The notes beneath the pieces were generated by a model. It searched no databases. It had not been told where the DNA came from and was given only the letters and a program-made list of their open reading frames with translations. From Candidatus Latescibacterota bacterium (lineage in GTDB: Bacteria > Latescibacterota > UBA2968): a stretch of DNA of 64,000 nt. Positions 19,200-29,397 of this stretch are shown piece by piece. Position 1 is the first letter of the stretch. Each line of letters starts with the position of its first letter. The stretch spans positions 5,408,001 through 5,472,000 of the forward strand of contig OZ244960.1 of the NCBI GenBank assembly GCA_965222605.1, read 5' to 3'. Made by a program: the position numbers and the translations under genes.

Positions 19200-20222
19200 A
19201 TGCAAACATCTGAACAGACGAAGACCAACCTGAGGAGTTACGATTCCCTTACCCAAAGAGGCCAAGCTCGGCGTCTGCGCGAACTCGCGAAGTCCGCACT
19301 GCGTCAATTCGGCATTCGCGTCCATCGCCTCGAACTCATCAAGCACCTGGTCAACACGACATTCAGACTCCGATCAAGTGAAGGAGAATTTCTGGTTCGC
19401 GTGCACCGGGAAAAAAACCACACCGTTCGCCTGGTCGAATCAGAACTGGCGTGGCTCTTGGCGCTATCCAAAGAAGCCGATGTTACAGTCCAGACGCCCT
19501 ATCTCGCCCCAGACGGCAGAAGCGTTGTTTTGGCGGAGGCAGCCGGTGTGCCCAAAGCTTACCCCGTCACCGTGCTTTCATGGCTCAAAGGAAGGATCGT
19601 GCCTCAGGTGCGTCGGACAACCATGCATTACGAAGGCCTCGGGCGCCTTGTTGCCACACTACACAAACACGCGATACAGTGGGAGCCACCTGACGATTTC
19701 GAACGCCCTGTCTATGATGCCATTCATCAACTGGGAAAGCTATCAGTCCGACCCTTGCCTGAGTTAGGGCCTCGATACCTGCCCGCGTACGTCTTGAGGG
19801 ACATGGAAGCCGTCTATGAACGGCGTCAAGAAGCCGAAAAGGTGCTGGGTACTGGTTGCGAGCATTTTGGCCTGATCCACTTTGATCTCAGCTTCAGCAA
19901 TATCCTATTCTATGGCCGGGAAGCACTACCGATCGATTTCGATGCGTGTGGCTTCGGTTTTTATGCCTACGATCTCGGTGTTGCTCTGACAGGTCCCTTT
20001 GCCTACGAGAACTTTATGGCCCGATGTGAGGCTGTCTTCCGAGGCTATCGCCAGGTCCTACCTCTCAGGCGCGAATGGATCGAGTACCTCCCGACCTTCA
20101 TGGCATCTCGCACTGCTTCCTATATCTTACATGTCGCAGCGAATCCGAAGGCTGTAGAGTCACAGTGGCGCTCCCTCCTACGTCCCCTTCTTAAGGCCAC
20201 TCTTGATCAGTTTCCCTCCTGA
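19200..20222 (+). CDS. APH / type II homoserine kinase family phosphotransferase
   Basis: GLIHFDLSFSNIL Brenner-like motif, IDFDACG, YDLG. Confidence 0.85.
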   Translation: MQTSEQTKTNLRSYDSLTQRGQARRLRELAKSALRQFGIRVHRLELIKHLVNTTFRLRSSEGEFLVRVHREKNHTVRLVESELAWLLALSKEADVTVQTPYLAPDGRSVVLAEAAGVPKAYPVTVLSWLKGRIVPQVRRTTMHYEGLGRLVATLHKHAIQWEPPDDFERPVYDAIHQLGKLSVRPLPELGPRYLPAYVLRDMEAVYERRQEAEKVLGTGCEHFGLIHFDLSFSNILFYGREALPIDFDACGFGFYAYDLGVALTGPFAYENFMARCEAVFRGYRQVLPLRREWIEYLPTFMASRTASYILHVAANPKAVESQWRSLLRPLLKATLDQFPS

Positions 20223-20258
20223 TGTCCTTAGTTTCTGGTGACGAACAAACCGATTCAG

Positions 20259-20402
20259 ATATACGAGATATCCTACAGGATACCCGTAGCCCTCGGTTTG
20301 GAAGCCCTCGGGGCCAGCACCACCGGCTCTCACCCCCTGCTCAATAATTCGACGATATCATAAAATGGAATGTTTCGGCTGGGATAGGGAAGACTACACA
20401 TT
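20259..20402 (-). pseudogene. Truncated second copy of the tRNA-like gene with its upstream region (module T)
   Basis: Matches 14399-14541; lacks the T arm and the 3' acceptor strand. Confidence 0.8.
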
Positions 20403-20964
20403 ATTTGTCTCGAAGCGCGTGGATCCATTTGTCCCGATACAAGAGAAATACAGACCGCTCGGGCAATGTGCGGTCCTCAAATTCATCTCTACCCGGTCCG
20501 GGGGGTACACGCTCAGTCTCCTCGAAACCCAGCCGGTGGAGAAGCCGGACAGACCGTTTGTTTGCAACAACGCATCTGGCTTCAATCTCGTCCAGGCCCA
20601 AATCTTCAAAACCTACCTGTAGGATGCTCCGGACAGCCTCTGACGCAAAGCCCTGACCCCAATAAACGGGCGACAATTCGTAGCCTATGTCACCCCGCTG
20701 GCTCTCAATGCTTTCTGTGCGTACTCCACAGTCACCGAGTAATATCCCATTTGAGCGGTTCGTGATGGCCAACTGGAACTTGCATCTGGGACTTTCTTTG
20801 GACCATGCGATACACTTATCTACAAAGCGGACGCACTCCTCTCTGGTGTAGGCGGGCCGGTAGTAGTATTCCAGATACCTTGGGTCCCTCCTGAACTCGG
20901 CGATGGCGTCCACGTCTTGTTTGGTGAACTCTCTCAGAAGCAAGCGTTCGGTCAGCTTTTCCAT
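20401..20964 (-). CDS. RimJ/RimL-family GNAT acetyltransferase, copy 2 (module A)
   Basis: Paralog of 17493-18074; ATG at 20964; different C-terminal tail. Confidence 0.85.
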   Translation of the reverse strand: MEKLTERLLLREFTKQDVDAIAEFRRDPRYLEYYYRPAYTREECVRFVDKCIAWSKESPRCKFQLAITNRSNGILLGDCGVRTESIESQRGDIGYELSPVYWGQGFASEAVRSILQVGFEDLGLDEIEARCVVANKRSVRLLHRLGFEETERVPPGPGRDEFEDRTLPERSVFLLYRDKWIHALRDK

Positions 20965-20975
20965 ATAGATCCAGT

Positions 20976-22214
20976 TCATGATTCTTTGTCTTCGATATGA
21001 ACAACAGACGGAATCATCCGAGCAGATGTTCCAAGAACGAGGGTCAGTAATCCTCCTGCTAAGAACCACGGCTGCGGGCCAAATACATCGGTTACGGGAC
21101 CTATCACGATGAGACCGAGCATCGTTGTAGACTGCACGGAACTATGAAGAGCGCCAAATACGCGGCCTTGTAGATGGGGATCGACATTGGCCTGAAGGAG
21201 CGCCCGGAGAGGCGCGTTGATAAGCGAGCTACCGACGCCGCTTAAAGCTATGCCTATGATGGCTAAAGCAAGACGGGTATGAGGGGCTATACCTACGAGT
21301 ATTGTTCCAATGCCATACACAATCCAGCCGAAGATCGTCGTCATGATTCGGCGACGGAATCCACCCCAAGCCCCAACCAGAAGGCCTCCCAAGACAATGC
21401 CCGCTCCCCATGCAGAATTAAACCAACCAAGTTCGGTAGCACCTCCATTGAAGTGATCTGTTATCAAGAGGGGCGAGATGGTCATCTTCGTGTTCCCAAA
21501 TATGTTTAATACGGCAGCAATCAATATTAAGTTCCGAAGACCAGGCCATCTCCACAAATAACGAAATCCTTCCAGCATATCAGCCCATATTCCACTCCCT
21601 TGGCTATGCTTCCCCTCCATCCTTTTTGGCTGTGGAATCCAAATGAAGAGGAGAGGACCGATAGCAAGCATTGCCGTCAAAACATCGATGGCCAATATGA
21701 GATGTATCTCAAACACAGCCAATGCTATTGCTCCAAGGGGAGGCCCTCCCATACTGAGTACTCCATGCAGGGTTTGATTCGTCCCCTGGATCCTGGCCAG
21801 ATGTTTTTCGGGCACCATCAGAGGCGTGGAAGTTATCATCGCCAAGCCTTGAAATGCACGGCCAATACTCGCAAGGAAGTTTACTGCGTAGATATGCCAG
21901 ATCTCGATAATTCCCATCCAGAAAAGACCAGCAAGACCGGCCATGGCTATCGCAACAAGCGTATCCGAGACGATCATTACAATTCGGCGGTTCCATCTAT
22001 CGTTCAGTGCGCCAATGATGGGAGCCAAGAAGACTTCTGGTAGATAGGCGACAAGGACTGAGGTCGCGAGAATGGTCGCAGATCCTGTCTTTTCTGTAAG
22101 CCACCACACCAGAGCAAACTGTGCAACTTGAGTTCCAAAAGACGACAGCGTTTGTCCCGTCCATATGGTAAAAAAGCCGCCAGCCCATGCCCCGTCTCTA
22201 TTCAGATGAATCAA
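20976..22214 (-). CDS. MFS efflux transporter (MefA/DHA3-like)
   Basis: IWTGQTLSSFGT, TGSA, GALNDRWNRR, LQGRVFG; about 12 TMs. Confidence 0.88.
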   Translation of the reverse strand: MIHLNRDGAWAGGFFTIWTGQTLSSFGTQVAQFALVWWLTEKTGSATILATSVLVAYLPEVFLAPIIGALNDRWNRRIVMIVSDTLVAIAMAGLAGLFWMGIIEIWHIYAVNFLASIGRAFQGLAMITSTPLMVPEKHLARIQGTNQTLHGVLSMGGPPLGAIALAVFEIHLILAIDVLTAMLAIGPLLFIWIPQPKRMEGKHSQGSGIWADMLEGFRYLWRWPGLRNLILIAAVLNIFGNTKMTISPLLITDHFNGGATELGWFNSAWGAGIVLGGLLVGAWGGFRRRIMTTIFGWIVYGIGTILVGIAPHTRLALAIIGIALSGVGSSLINAPLRALLQANVDPHLQGRVFGALHSSVQSTTMLGLIVIGPVTDVFGPQPWFLAGGLLTLVLGTSARMIPSVVHIEDKES

Positions 22215-22257
22215 TTATCTCTCCTTTTACTATACAAATATGGATTCCCTGCATGGC

Positions 22258-22340
22258 GTATAACGTCTCGCGTATCCCCGAAGCCGAGAAGCGGTTTGAG
22301 GGGGTGGGATTAGGTAGTATCCGGAGCTGTGGTGTTATAT
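22258..22340 (-). repeat. attC-like site, copy 1 (module E)
   Basis: 83 bp, ATATAAC...GTTATAC with inner imperfect inverted repeat ctccgga/ttcgggg; follows a gene-end remnant KKSDDVPFLL*. Confidence 0.65.
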
Positions 22341-22398
22341 GTTATGACAGTTTTGTGATCATTCAAAGAAGAAAGGGGACGTCATCACTTTTCTTTTC

Positions 22399-22564
22399 TT
22401 AGAGATGGACTGCTAGCGTTTTGTTTCATGATTGGCTTAAAAATTCTCTACTATTTTAATGGGGGGTGCGGGACACGATGAAACAGACTGTGGATGCCGT
22501 ATATGAAAATGGAGTCTTCAAACCTTTGAAACCTCCTGAACTATCTGAGGGTCAGCACGTTCGT
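22399..22564 (+). pseudogene. Upstream region and 5' part of DUF104 antitoxin (module C)
   Basis: Matches 30354-30521; MKQTVDAVYENGVFKPLKPPELSEGQHVR, then diverges. Confidence 0.8.
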
Positions 22565-22686
22565 TTTTCGATCATTACACAGTATGAGATTCTACGCGGC
22601 CTGCCATTCCCTCATTGCTTTCTCTCGCGGATTTGTTCATATAAGGAGCAAGCCGTTGTTATCTTTTTAAAACAGGAGGTTACTGG

Positions 22687-23667
22687 ATGTCCAAACCGCT
22701 TTATCAACTGGACTGGCAGCGTCAGGAGCAGCCGGTTCTGTCGGGGATGACCACAAACCAGGACTGGTGCCGGGTGACGGTGTACAGCCCGGCCGTTCTC
22801 CGTATGGGCGATACGTACAAAATGTGGTACCTGGGCAACCGAACGGCCACGCGTACGAGCGATATGGATCTGGGGTATGCCGAGTCCCAGGATGGGCTGA
22901 CCTGGACGCCACATCCGGACAATCCGATCCTCAGCGGCGGGTTGCCGTGGGGCCGTGCGTGGCAGACGCCGCACGTGATCTTCGACAGCGATGAGAATCT
23001 TTACAAGATGTGGTTCGTGATGGCCGACAGCCATCCGGGTGAGGGGGGCAGGGCGATCGTTCTGGGGCAGAAGCTGGGGTATGCGACCAGCTCCGACGGT
23101 CTGGCATGGGAAGCCTACCCCGAGCCGATCTATCCGAGCGGGCGGGGGCCGTGCGTGTTGAAGGAGGGGCCGAACGCCTACCGGATGTGGATGTGTTCAT
23201 CCCCCAGTCCGGACGGAGAATTTGGAGATCTGGTCGGGAATATCTACCACTTCGAATCGGCCGACGGCATCGCCTGGACGCGGGACCCCGAACCGATGAT
23301 CCAGGCCACGGAAACACGCCAGAGCGTGATCTATCCGAGCGTTTTGCGGGACGAGCGGGGGTATACGATGTGGTACGGGTGCCATGTGGAGGGGGGAATC
23401 TTCGAGCTTTTCTGTTCGACGTCGGAGGACGGGCTGAATTGGACGCACCACCTAAAGGAGCCTTCGTTTCCCGCAACACGCGATCCGAACGATTTCGACG
23501 GACGGTACACGTCCACGCCATGCGTGCTGGACGACGGCGACCGTTACCTGATGTACTACTCCGCCCGAGACTGGGGAAACCTCTACCGGGCCGGGGACGG
23601 GACGATTAAGACCGACGGCGCGGGCATTTACCGCCACATCGGGGTGGCCGTATGTCCGAAGAAATAA
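22687..23667 (+). CDS. Five-bladed beta-propeller glycoside hydrolase-like protein (GH43/GH32/GH130 type)
   Basis: Repeated YKMWY / YAESQDGLTW / SxDGxxW units; AGGAGG RBS; visibly GC-rich. Confidence 0.75.
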   Translation: MSKPLYQLDWQRQEQPVLSGMTTNQDWCRVTVYSPAVLRMGDTYKMWYLGNRTATRTSDMDLGYAESQDGLTWTPHPDNPILSGGLPWGRAWQTPHVIFDSDENLYKMWFVMADSHPGEGGRAIVLGQKLGYATSSDGLAWEAYPEPIYPSGRGPCVLKEGPNAYRMWMCSSPSPDGEFGDLVGNIYHFESADGIAWTRDPEPMIQATETRQSVIYPSVLRDERGYTMWYGCHVEGGIFELFCSTSEDGLNWTHHLKEPSFPATRDPNDFDGRYTSTPCVLDDGDRYLMYYSARDWGNLYRAGDGTIKTDGAGIYRHIGVAVCPKK

Positions 23668-23797
23668 ACCGCGACAAGATGAGATCGGGGCGTCAATAGT
23701 GCACACGCCATAGACCTGTTTTTTTCTTTTGACTCTTCTTTTCCCGTTTGCGCTCAAGCGCTCGGTTTACCGTCTCGCTGTGCAACGCTTTGTTGGG

Positions 23798-25564
23798 CTA
23801 TACTGATTTACTTTCTTTTTTGAGTCGCTCTTTCACCCAGCGATATTCTCCCAGATGGTTTCGTTGCTCCTCCGTGACCAATCTGTCCAGGGCGGCTCTT
23901 CCTAGCCTGTCTTGTACTTGCTGATAGTATAGGCTGGCTGGTGTAACGCGGGTGCCTGCCTCATCGCTCTTGCCAGAACCGATCACCCAGCTGATTCCGT
24001 CTGGGGGTGCTTCCACGTCGAATCCCGGAGCGACACAGTTATAGAAACAGGTCTGAGTTCCGGCCCACCCATGACCGGTACCAGAGTTGCCTCGGAACCG
24101 TGATTCCATTCCCCGCTCAGATTTTACATTGTCGAACAGGGTACCAACAGAATAGCGATGGTGCGGACCCGCAGAAGACTTGGTGTCGAATCCAATACAA
24201 TCGACGAAGACGTTGGGCCCTGCCGTTCTTTCCTGTGTGACAAATTCATGGCGTCCGTTATAGGCAAGGCAACGTTGCACCAGATTCAGTTGCCCATCAA
24301 TCATGAATGTGTAGCGACGACCGCCGACGATTTTTGACGCATGACCAAGATTGACACAGTCTTGTACAGTTGCACGCTTGCCGGAAGCAGAGACCAAGGA
24401 CCAACCGAAATAGTGTCCCGTGACGTTACGTACCCAGGTATTCTCGGTATTGCTCTTGAGTTGGACCCCATGCCAGGCGTGGTTTTCAGCCCGACTCGTT
24501 TCCGTAAGGTTTCCGTAGGGATGATCAGGAGCAGGTGCGGCGAACTCTGAAACCAGGAGCATGTTTTCAACACCGACTTCAGTCACACGTCCTGCTGGCT
24601 CGTATTGGTAGATTGCGCCTCCGCCATATTGATGCTCCATCGGATGGACGATTGGGGCATCAACAATGATGCGGTTTGCATCAACTCCAATGATACGACG
24701 TTCAAAATAGAGATCATAGTCTCCGGCTTCCCATTGTCTGGTAAAGTCAAATGTCTTCCCATCCTCAGACAAAGGTACCCGCTTAACAAAGTCGTCCCAG
24801 GATTCATCTGGCTTCTGCAGCAGACAGTACTTGCTATGACTGTCAAGACGTTGGTAGTAGAAGCCTGCTGCCTCGTCGTCCTTTACCCAGCGCACGTTAC
24901 GAACGCCAGCCCACCTGGGTTTCAGTTTATCGCAACCAATGAGATGGATCCAATCCGCCGTTGATGGCCTATGCACGACAATTCGATCTCCGGGCTTATA
25001 GCCTGAAGCCGATTTCACTTCAAAGGAATGACTCCCGATAGGAACATAAGCATCGACGATCGCCTGCCTGGAATCCGTTACCAGTTTTATTTGGTCCGTC
25101 GGGTATCCATGTAGGATATGAGCCTCGAGATTGTCTGATTTGGGACTAACCGTGATCAACGCCCGCTGGTATTTCTGGTCGTCGTAACCGGTGGCAATGA
25201 TGATGGTGTCATCCGGGCCGTCGCCTTCGCCCCTGAGAACAATACCACTGTGCGTAATTGTAAGCGTTCCCTCGACTCGGTAAACGCCACGCTTGAGCAA
25301 CAAAGCCCCGCGAAAGCCAACCTTGTCAGGCGGGAAGGTACTCAGTTTATCCAGCGCATCCTGGATGCGCTGGGTATCGTCACCATGACTCGATTCAAGG
25401 GTAATTTTCACAGGGACGTGAGGAATCGCCCTTTCGCCGGAATGATAGCCTACATGGGAGAAGTCAGGGAGACGGTTGCCCTTTGGGTCCTTCAAGTAGA
25501 TCAACTTTCCTGACGGATCAAGATGGTACAGATTGCTTGTGCTGCGGTGTGTCGATGTCTTCAT
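23798..25564 (-). CDS. Pectate lyase-like beta-helix protein
   Basis: GNRLPDFSHVGY, IQDALDKL, GALLLKRGVY, GPNVF, GPHHRY, GHGWAG motifs. Confidence 0.65.
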   Translation of the reverse strand: MKTSTHRSTSNLYHLDPSGKLIYLKDPKGNRLPDFSHVGYHSGERAIPHVPVKITLESSHGDDTQRIQDALDKLSTFPPDKVGFRGALLLKRGVYRVEGTLTITHSGIVLRGEGDGPDDTIIIATGYDDQKYQRALITVSPKSDNLEAHILHGYPTDQIKLVTDSRQAIVDAYVPIGSHSFEVKSASGYKPGDRIVVHRPSTADWIHLIGCDKLKPRWAGVRNVRWVKDDEAAGFYYQRLDSHSKYCLLQKPDESWDDFVKRVPLSEDGKTFDFTRQWEAGDYDLYFERRIIGVDANRIIVDAPIVHPMEHQYGGGAIYQYEPAGRVTEVGVENMLLVSEFAAPAPDHPYGNLTETSRAENHAWHGVQLKSNTENTWVRNVTGHYFGWSLVSASGKRATVQDCVNLGHASKIVGGRRYTFMIDGQLNLVQRCLAYNGRHEFVTQERTAGPNVFVDCIGFDTKSSAGPHHRYSVGTLFDNVKSERGMESRFRGNSGTGHGWAGTQTCFYNCVAPGFDVEAPPDGISWVIGSGKSDEAGTRVTPASLYYQQVQDRLGRAALDRLVTEEQRNHLGEYRWVKERLKKESKSV

Positions 25565-25862
25565 TGTTATTATTCTTCAAGTGAAACTTGATATAGAGAG
25601 ATTTGCTTTGTATGAGGTTTTCTTGGTTTTTGTGCACGATTTGTCGGGGTGGAGTGGTTGGGAGTTCTTGCGCCGCTTGCCTGTAACTACGGGATTAACG
25701 AACAGTTACGGTAATATTTGTTTACTGCATCAGTTCATCGTGCATTAACGCAAAGGCAGATGGTTTTTGGGGGTTTCTTAAAGCATCCAACACTCGGGCT
25801 ACAGCCGTCTCGGGTGTCTCCTTGAAAGTATCCACTTCAACAGGGACTCTGATTCTCAGACT

Positions 25863-27842
25863 TTAACGCTGCTCCGACGATTTTATTCGCTTCACGACGG
25901 GAGCTCTATTCCTTGGAGGATAATCTGGGTGCAGCCCGGCCATTCGCGGCGTCTGGGGACGGATCGGTCCCCAGTTGATCGCATAGGGGTGATCCTTACA
26001 GAGTTGCTCGATCTTTTCCCAGGTGGCGAGTACGTTCGCCTGTTCGCTTTTGTCTCCGTTCCAATACCGGGTCATTCCAGCGCGAATGTCGATCATGTGG
26101 CGGGTGTGATCCAGGCCTATGCGGACGAAATCGATCCGCGCTCCGAACCGCTCCGGTTCGTCCGTGACCTTGCGTGACGCCTGTTCGAGTAGCGCGTAAG
26201 CGCGGTCGAAGAACGCCTTGTCATAGACATCTGGGTATGCTCGTTCACTTGCCCAAAAGATGCTGCGCGTCTCATCCATCAGATTCCAATAGGCCTCGAG
26301 TTCCGTGGCTGCTGGGCCGAATGCGCGTTGATAGTAATTCTGTAGAATCGCCTGCCCATCCTGCGACGGATCCCACAAGAGATGCGCCATGAGATAGTAT
26401 TGTGGCCCGTGCGTTGCCCAGTGTTCCCATACCATATCGACAAAGATGCCCATCGCTTTTTCGCCGATCAGTTTGAAGTCCTCGATTGCTTGTGTGAGAG
26501 CCACATCCGGCTGTCCCTGAGGCCAGCCCGCGGGGTCACCGACATTGGGTCGCCACATCATGTGCTTCGCGACCTTCGACCACGCGATATATTGCTCTTT
26601 GTGCGTGGAACTCCTGGTCGAACCACGGTCGATCAGGCCGTCCCGGTTGAGGAAATTTGCCACGCTTGCTACAATGACATTCTCCGCCGGAACTTCGCGA
26701 ATCGGAGCAGGCCGGGAATGCCCATAGGCTAGCATCATGACATAGTAGTCTCGATCCGGATAGCGCTGCTTGAGTAACCGCGCACATGTGTTAGCAAACC
26801 GGACGTGCCGATCGGAGAGCGCGGGCAGTTCCTGCGTGGTTCCTTTCCAGTGAAACGAACGGGGCTCGCCATCCGGATGGTCCCAGGCGCGACAGGGCTC
26901 ACAAACACAATGCCCGCTGGCCCAGCCGTCGTTAGGCGACGCATTGAAGACGCGTTGATTTGGATTTTGTTTTAGCGCTTCCTCGACATCCGCGAGCCAT
27001 TGCTGAGGCACCTCCGGATTCGATTGGCAGAGCTTGGCGTGTTTGGATCGTGGAAATCCGCTCCGCGTTCCGTCGGGCTGAAGTGCGAAGTATTCGGGGT
27101 GTGTTTCGTGAAATCGCTCCCACCAATCGCCGAATCCGTGCCCTCCTTCCATTTCGAGGGAACCCAACTGCAGCCGTTGACGGCGTGTCCACTTCTGGGA
27201 TCGACCGTATTTTCCCCTGGGCGCCAGCCTGGAGTAACTGAACAGCCCGGCCCGGTAACGAAGACTGGGATGGTAGCGATACCTGAAGGTCGCGAAGCGG
27301 ATGGATTCCTGCGGGACGATGTCCTCGCCGAGCTCGCCGGGCCAGAGCCAACGCACGCCGAGTCGATCGTGCAGAAACGTATAGATCGCATTTACAGTCC
27401 CATACTCTTGCTGGATTCCCTCGATCCGTTTCCCGTTGATCTGTGCAATCAGGTGGTTGGGATCCCAACGGTCTCGTCCCGCGATTACGAGGTGCTTTTC
27501 GCTCGCCGCGATGACGATTTTCTCGGGGTGTTGGAAGTCGAAGTCGATCTTTGGAAACAGCGAATCAAGCGCCGGTTGGTAACCCACCCAGATGGCCCGA
27601 TCCGGAAGTTGGCGGGGTGGACCATCGATCCATTCCGGCCGAGTCCCACAGGTTTTCTCGATGTAATCGGCAAGGTCAACCGCGGCTTTGCGCGTGAAAG
27701 GTGGTGCATCTGGAAAGAGGATCAGCGGCGCCGGTTTGATCCCGGCTTTTTTATCGACGAGGGTGAACTCGGCGGTATCGGCTGCTGAAATCGAGGTTAG
27801 CACGATGGAAACGGTGCGGAGCAGCTTGATTTTTTTTAACAT
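25863..27842 (-). CDS. DUF4838 domain protein (secreted)
   Basis: LGVRWLWPGELGE, HPEYFAL, LCQSNPEV, SPNDG..CVCEPC, LLWDP. Confidence 0.85.
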   Translation of the reverse strand: MLKKIKLLRTVSIVLTSISAADTAEFTLVDKKAGIKPAPLILFPDAPPFTRKAAVDLADYIEKTCGTRPEWIDGPPRQLPDRAIWVGYQPALDSLFPKIDFDFQHPEKIVIAASEKHLVIAGRDRWDPNHLIAQINGKRIEGIQQEYGTVNAIYTFLHDRLGVRWLWPGELGEDIVPQESIRFATFRYRYHPSLRYRAGLFSYSRLAPRGKYGRSQKWTRRQRLQLGSLEMEGGHGFGDWWERFHETHPEYFALQPDGTRSGFPRSKHAKLCQSNPEVPQQWLADVEEALKQNPNQRVFNASPNDGWASGHCVCEPCRAWDHPDGEPRSFHWKGTTQELPALSDRHVRFANTCARLLKQRYPDRDYYVMMLAYGHSRPAPIREVPAENVIVASVANFLNRDGLIDRGSTRSSTHKEQYIAWSKVAKHMMWRPNVGDPAGWPQGQPDVALTQAIEDFKLIGEKAMGIFVDMVWEHWATHGPQYYLMAHLLWDPSQDGQAILQNYYQRAFGPAATELEAYWNLMDETRSIFWASERAYPDVYDKAFFDRAYALLEQASRKVTDEPERFGARIDFVRIGLDHTRHMIDIRAGMTRYWNGDKSEQANVLATWEKIEQLCKDHPYAINWGPIRPQTPRMAGLHPDYPPRNRAPVVKRIKSSEQR

Positions 27843-27893
27843 GTTTCATTCCTTCCTTGGACAAGGTTAAGCATCAAGACCAGATAAGCTGTA

Positions 27894-27985
27894 GATCCAT
27901 TTGTCCCGACACAAGAGAAATACAGACCGCTCGGGCAATGTGCGGTCCTTAAATTCGCCTCTACCCGGTCCGGGCGGTACACGCT
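27894..27985 (-). repeat. 3' fragment of the module A GNAT (third copy)
   Basis: Encodes RVPPGPGRGEFKDRTLPERSVFLLCRDKWI, matching the ends of 17493-18074 and 20401-20964. Confidence 0.85.
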
Positions 27986-27987
27986 TA

Positions 27988-28536
27988 TTAGACTGTATTA
28001 TGCCTGGACTCAAATTCTGCTCGCAAAATTCCGAATAAGAGCCTGTCCCAACGTCGATTGGACCAATATAGAGCCTCACGCTCGCACCCTTCCTGAGTAA
28101 ACCCGAGCTTCTCGAGAACTCGGATGGCACCCGTATTATTGGAGGTTGTCGCAGCCGAAATCCTGTACAAGTCCAAATGTTCAAACCCAAATCGTAGTAT
28201 TACCAGTACGGCATCTGTGCAGTACCCCTTACCTCTATCCTTCCTACGGGCAATGCCAGCACCGAGGCTGGCGGTACGATTTCTCAAGTCGATTTCCGAC
28301 AACTGAATATCGCCAAGAAGATTTCCATCTGGACTGAAGATGCCCAGGTAAACTTGAGTCTTTCCCTGCTGCTCCTGGATTTCCTCGAACCATTTTTCTG
28401 AGCCCTCGAGTGAATGACCAGGCCTGACTGGTTCAGTCGGGATTGGCTCTTCGAGCTCATAATGTTCCCAAAGGGTGCGGCAATGCTCGCGTTCCATTGT
28501 CCGCAATACCACTTTTTTACCACGCAACTCGATCAT
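27988..28536 (-). CDS. RimJ/RimL-family GNAT acetyltransferase
   Basis: RGKGYCTDA, FGFEHLDLYRI, NTGAIRVLEKLGFTQEG. Confidence 0.88.
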   Translation of the reverse strand: MIELRGKKVVLRTMEREHCRTLWEHYELEEPIPTEPVRPGHSLEGSEKWFEEIQEQQGKTQVYLGIFSPDGNLLGDIQLSEIDLRNRTASLGAGIARRKDRGKGYCTDAVLVILRFGFEHLDLYRISAATTSNNTGAIRVLEKLGFTQEGCEREALYWSNRRWDRLLFGILRAEFESRHNTV

Positions 28537-28565
28537 GAGAGGTAACCTGTTGACAGATTTTCGAT

Positions 28566-28700
28566 ATTGAAAACCATCTATATTCTTTTATATTCATTAG
28601 AGATGGATTGCTATCGTCTTGTTTCAAGATTGGCTTAAAAGTTCTCAACTATTTTAAACCGCCTAAGACAAGGAGGAATCATGCTACGAGTCAGCGACCC
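28566..28700 (+). repeat. Fused modules C (DUF104 upstream region) and D (RBS and first 7 codons of the LamG gene)
   Basis: 28566-28657 matches 30322-30414; 28652-28700 matches 33417-33463 (MLRVSDP). Confidence 0.8.
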
Positions 28701-29154
28701 TATCGTTCAGAAGTACATCGATTCCGAGTTCGGGCAGCGATGTCTCTACGAGGGAACGCATTGCACGGAGTGTGTGAGGGAAGAAGACAAAGAGATATGG
28801 GGAGTCGGTGATGCACCTTCCTCCTCAGCTTATCCGGGCTTAGCGGCTCGAAAGTTCATTAAAGCTCACGAGATCCACGAAGAACTTGGCCTTGCAAGCC
28901 CGGCCGAGATTACCGGCGTAGGCATATTGAATGAGCTATCTGCTCACACAACAGCTAAGACTCGGGATTCCCTCTGGTACGAAGCTCACGGAAGCGAAGG
29001 TGGCATCCCCGTCTGCATCAGGCCGTGTATGTGGCAGGCTGGGCAAGATGTACTTGACATCGCGATCCTTGAATCCATGCTCCAACGGAAGGAATTGGGA
29101 ATCGCCACCGAAATGCTGTCTCGTTTCCTGGCCAGGATTGCGGAGCATAGGTAA
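28681..29154 (+). CDS. Chimeric hypothetical protein
   Basis: AGGAGG RBS; starts MLRVSDP like 33444, remainder unrelated. Confidence 0.45.
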   Translation: MLRVSDPIVQKYIDSEFGQRCLYEGTHCTECVREEDKEIWGVGDAPSSSAYPGLAARKFIKAHEIHEELGLASPAEITGVGILNELSAHTTAKTRDSLWYEAHGSEGGIPVCIRPCMWQAGQDVLDIAILESMLQRKELGIATEMLSRFLARIAEHR

Positions 29155-29314
29155 TCAGCGATTCCAGCCCGATTTTTGCCATAGTATAGAGAAGTAATCC
29201 AGGCTTCCTGAATCTGACTGTGCATTAAGGTCTAAGGGAAAGAATGCGGGAGAAGCCAGAAAGTAGTATCTGGCCCTCCCGTTTTTTCGTGCGTCAAACG
29301 AACTCACTGCTTGC

Positions 29315-29397
29315 GGCTAACGGTTCCCACATCCCCGAAGCCGGGAAGCGGTTTGAGTGGGGGAGGGGAGATGGTGTCCGGAGTTGTGGTGTTATAT
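29315..29397 (-). repeat. attC-like site, copy 2 (module E)
   Basis: 83 bp, ATATAAC...GTTAGCC with ccaca/tgtgg and ctccgga/ttcgggg pairing; homology to copy 1 continues to about 29452. Confidence 0.65.

Noticed and set aside
17493-20964. Diversity-generating retroelement template/variable repeat pair (GNAT copies)
   Set aside because: Differences are not confined to adenines, they span the whole gene, and no reverse transcriptase is present.
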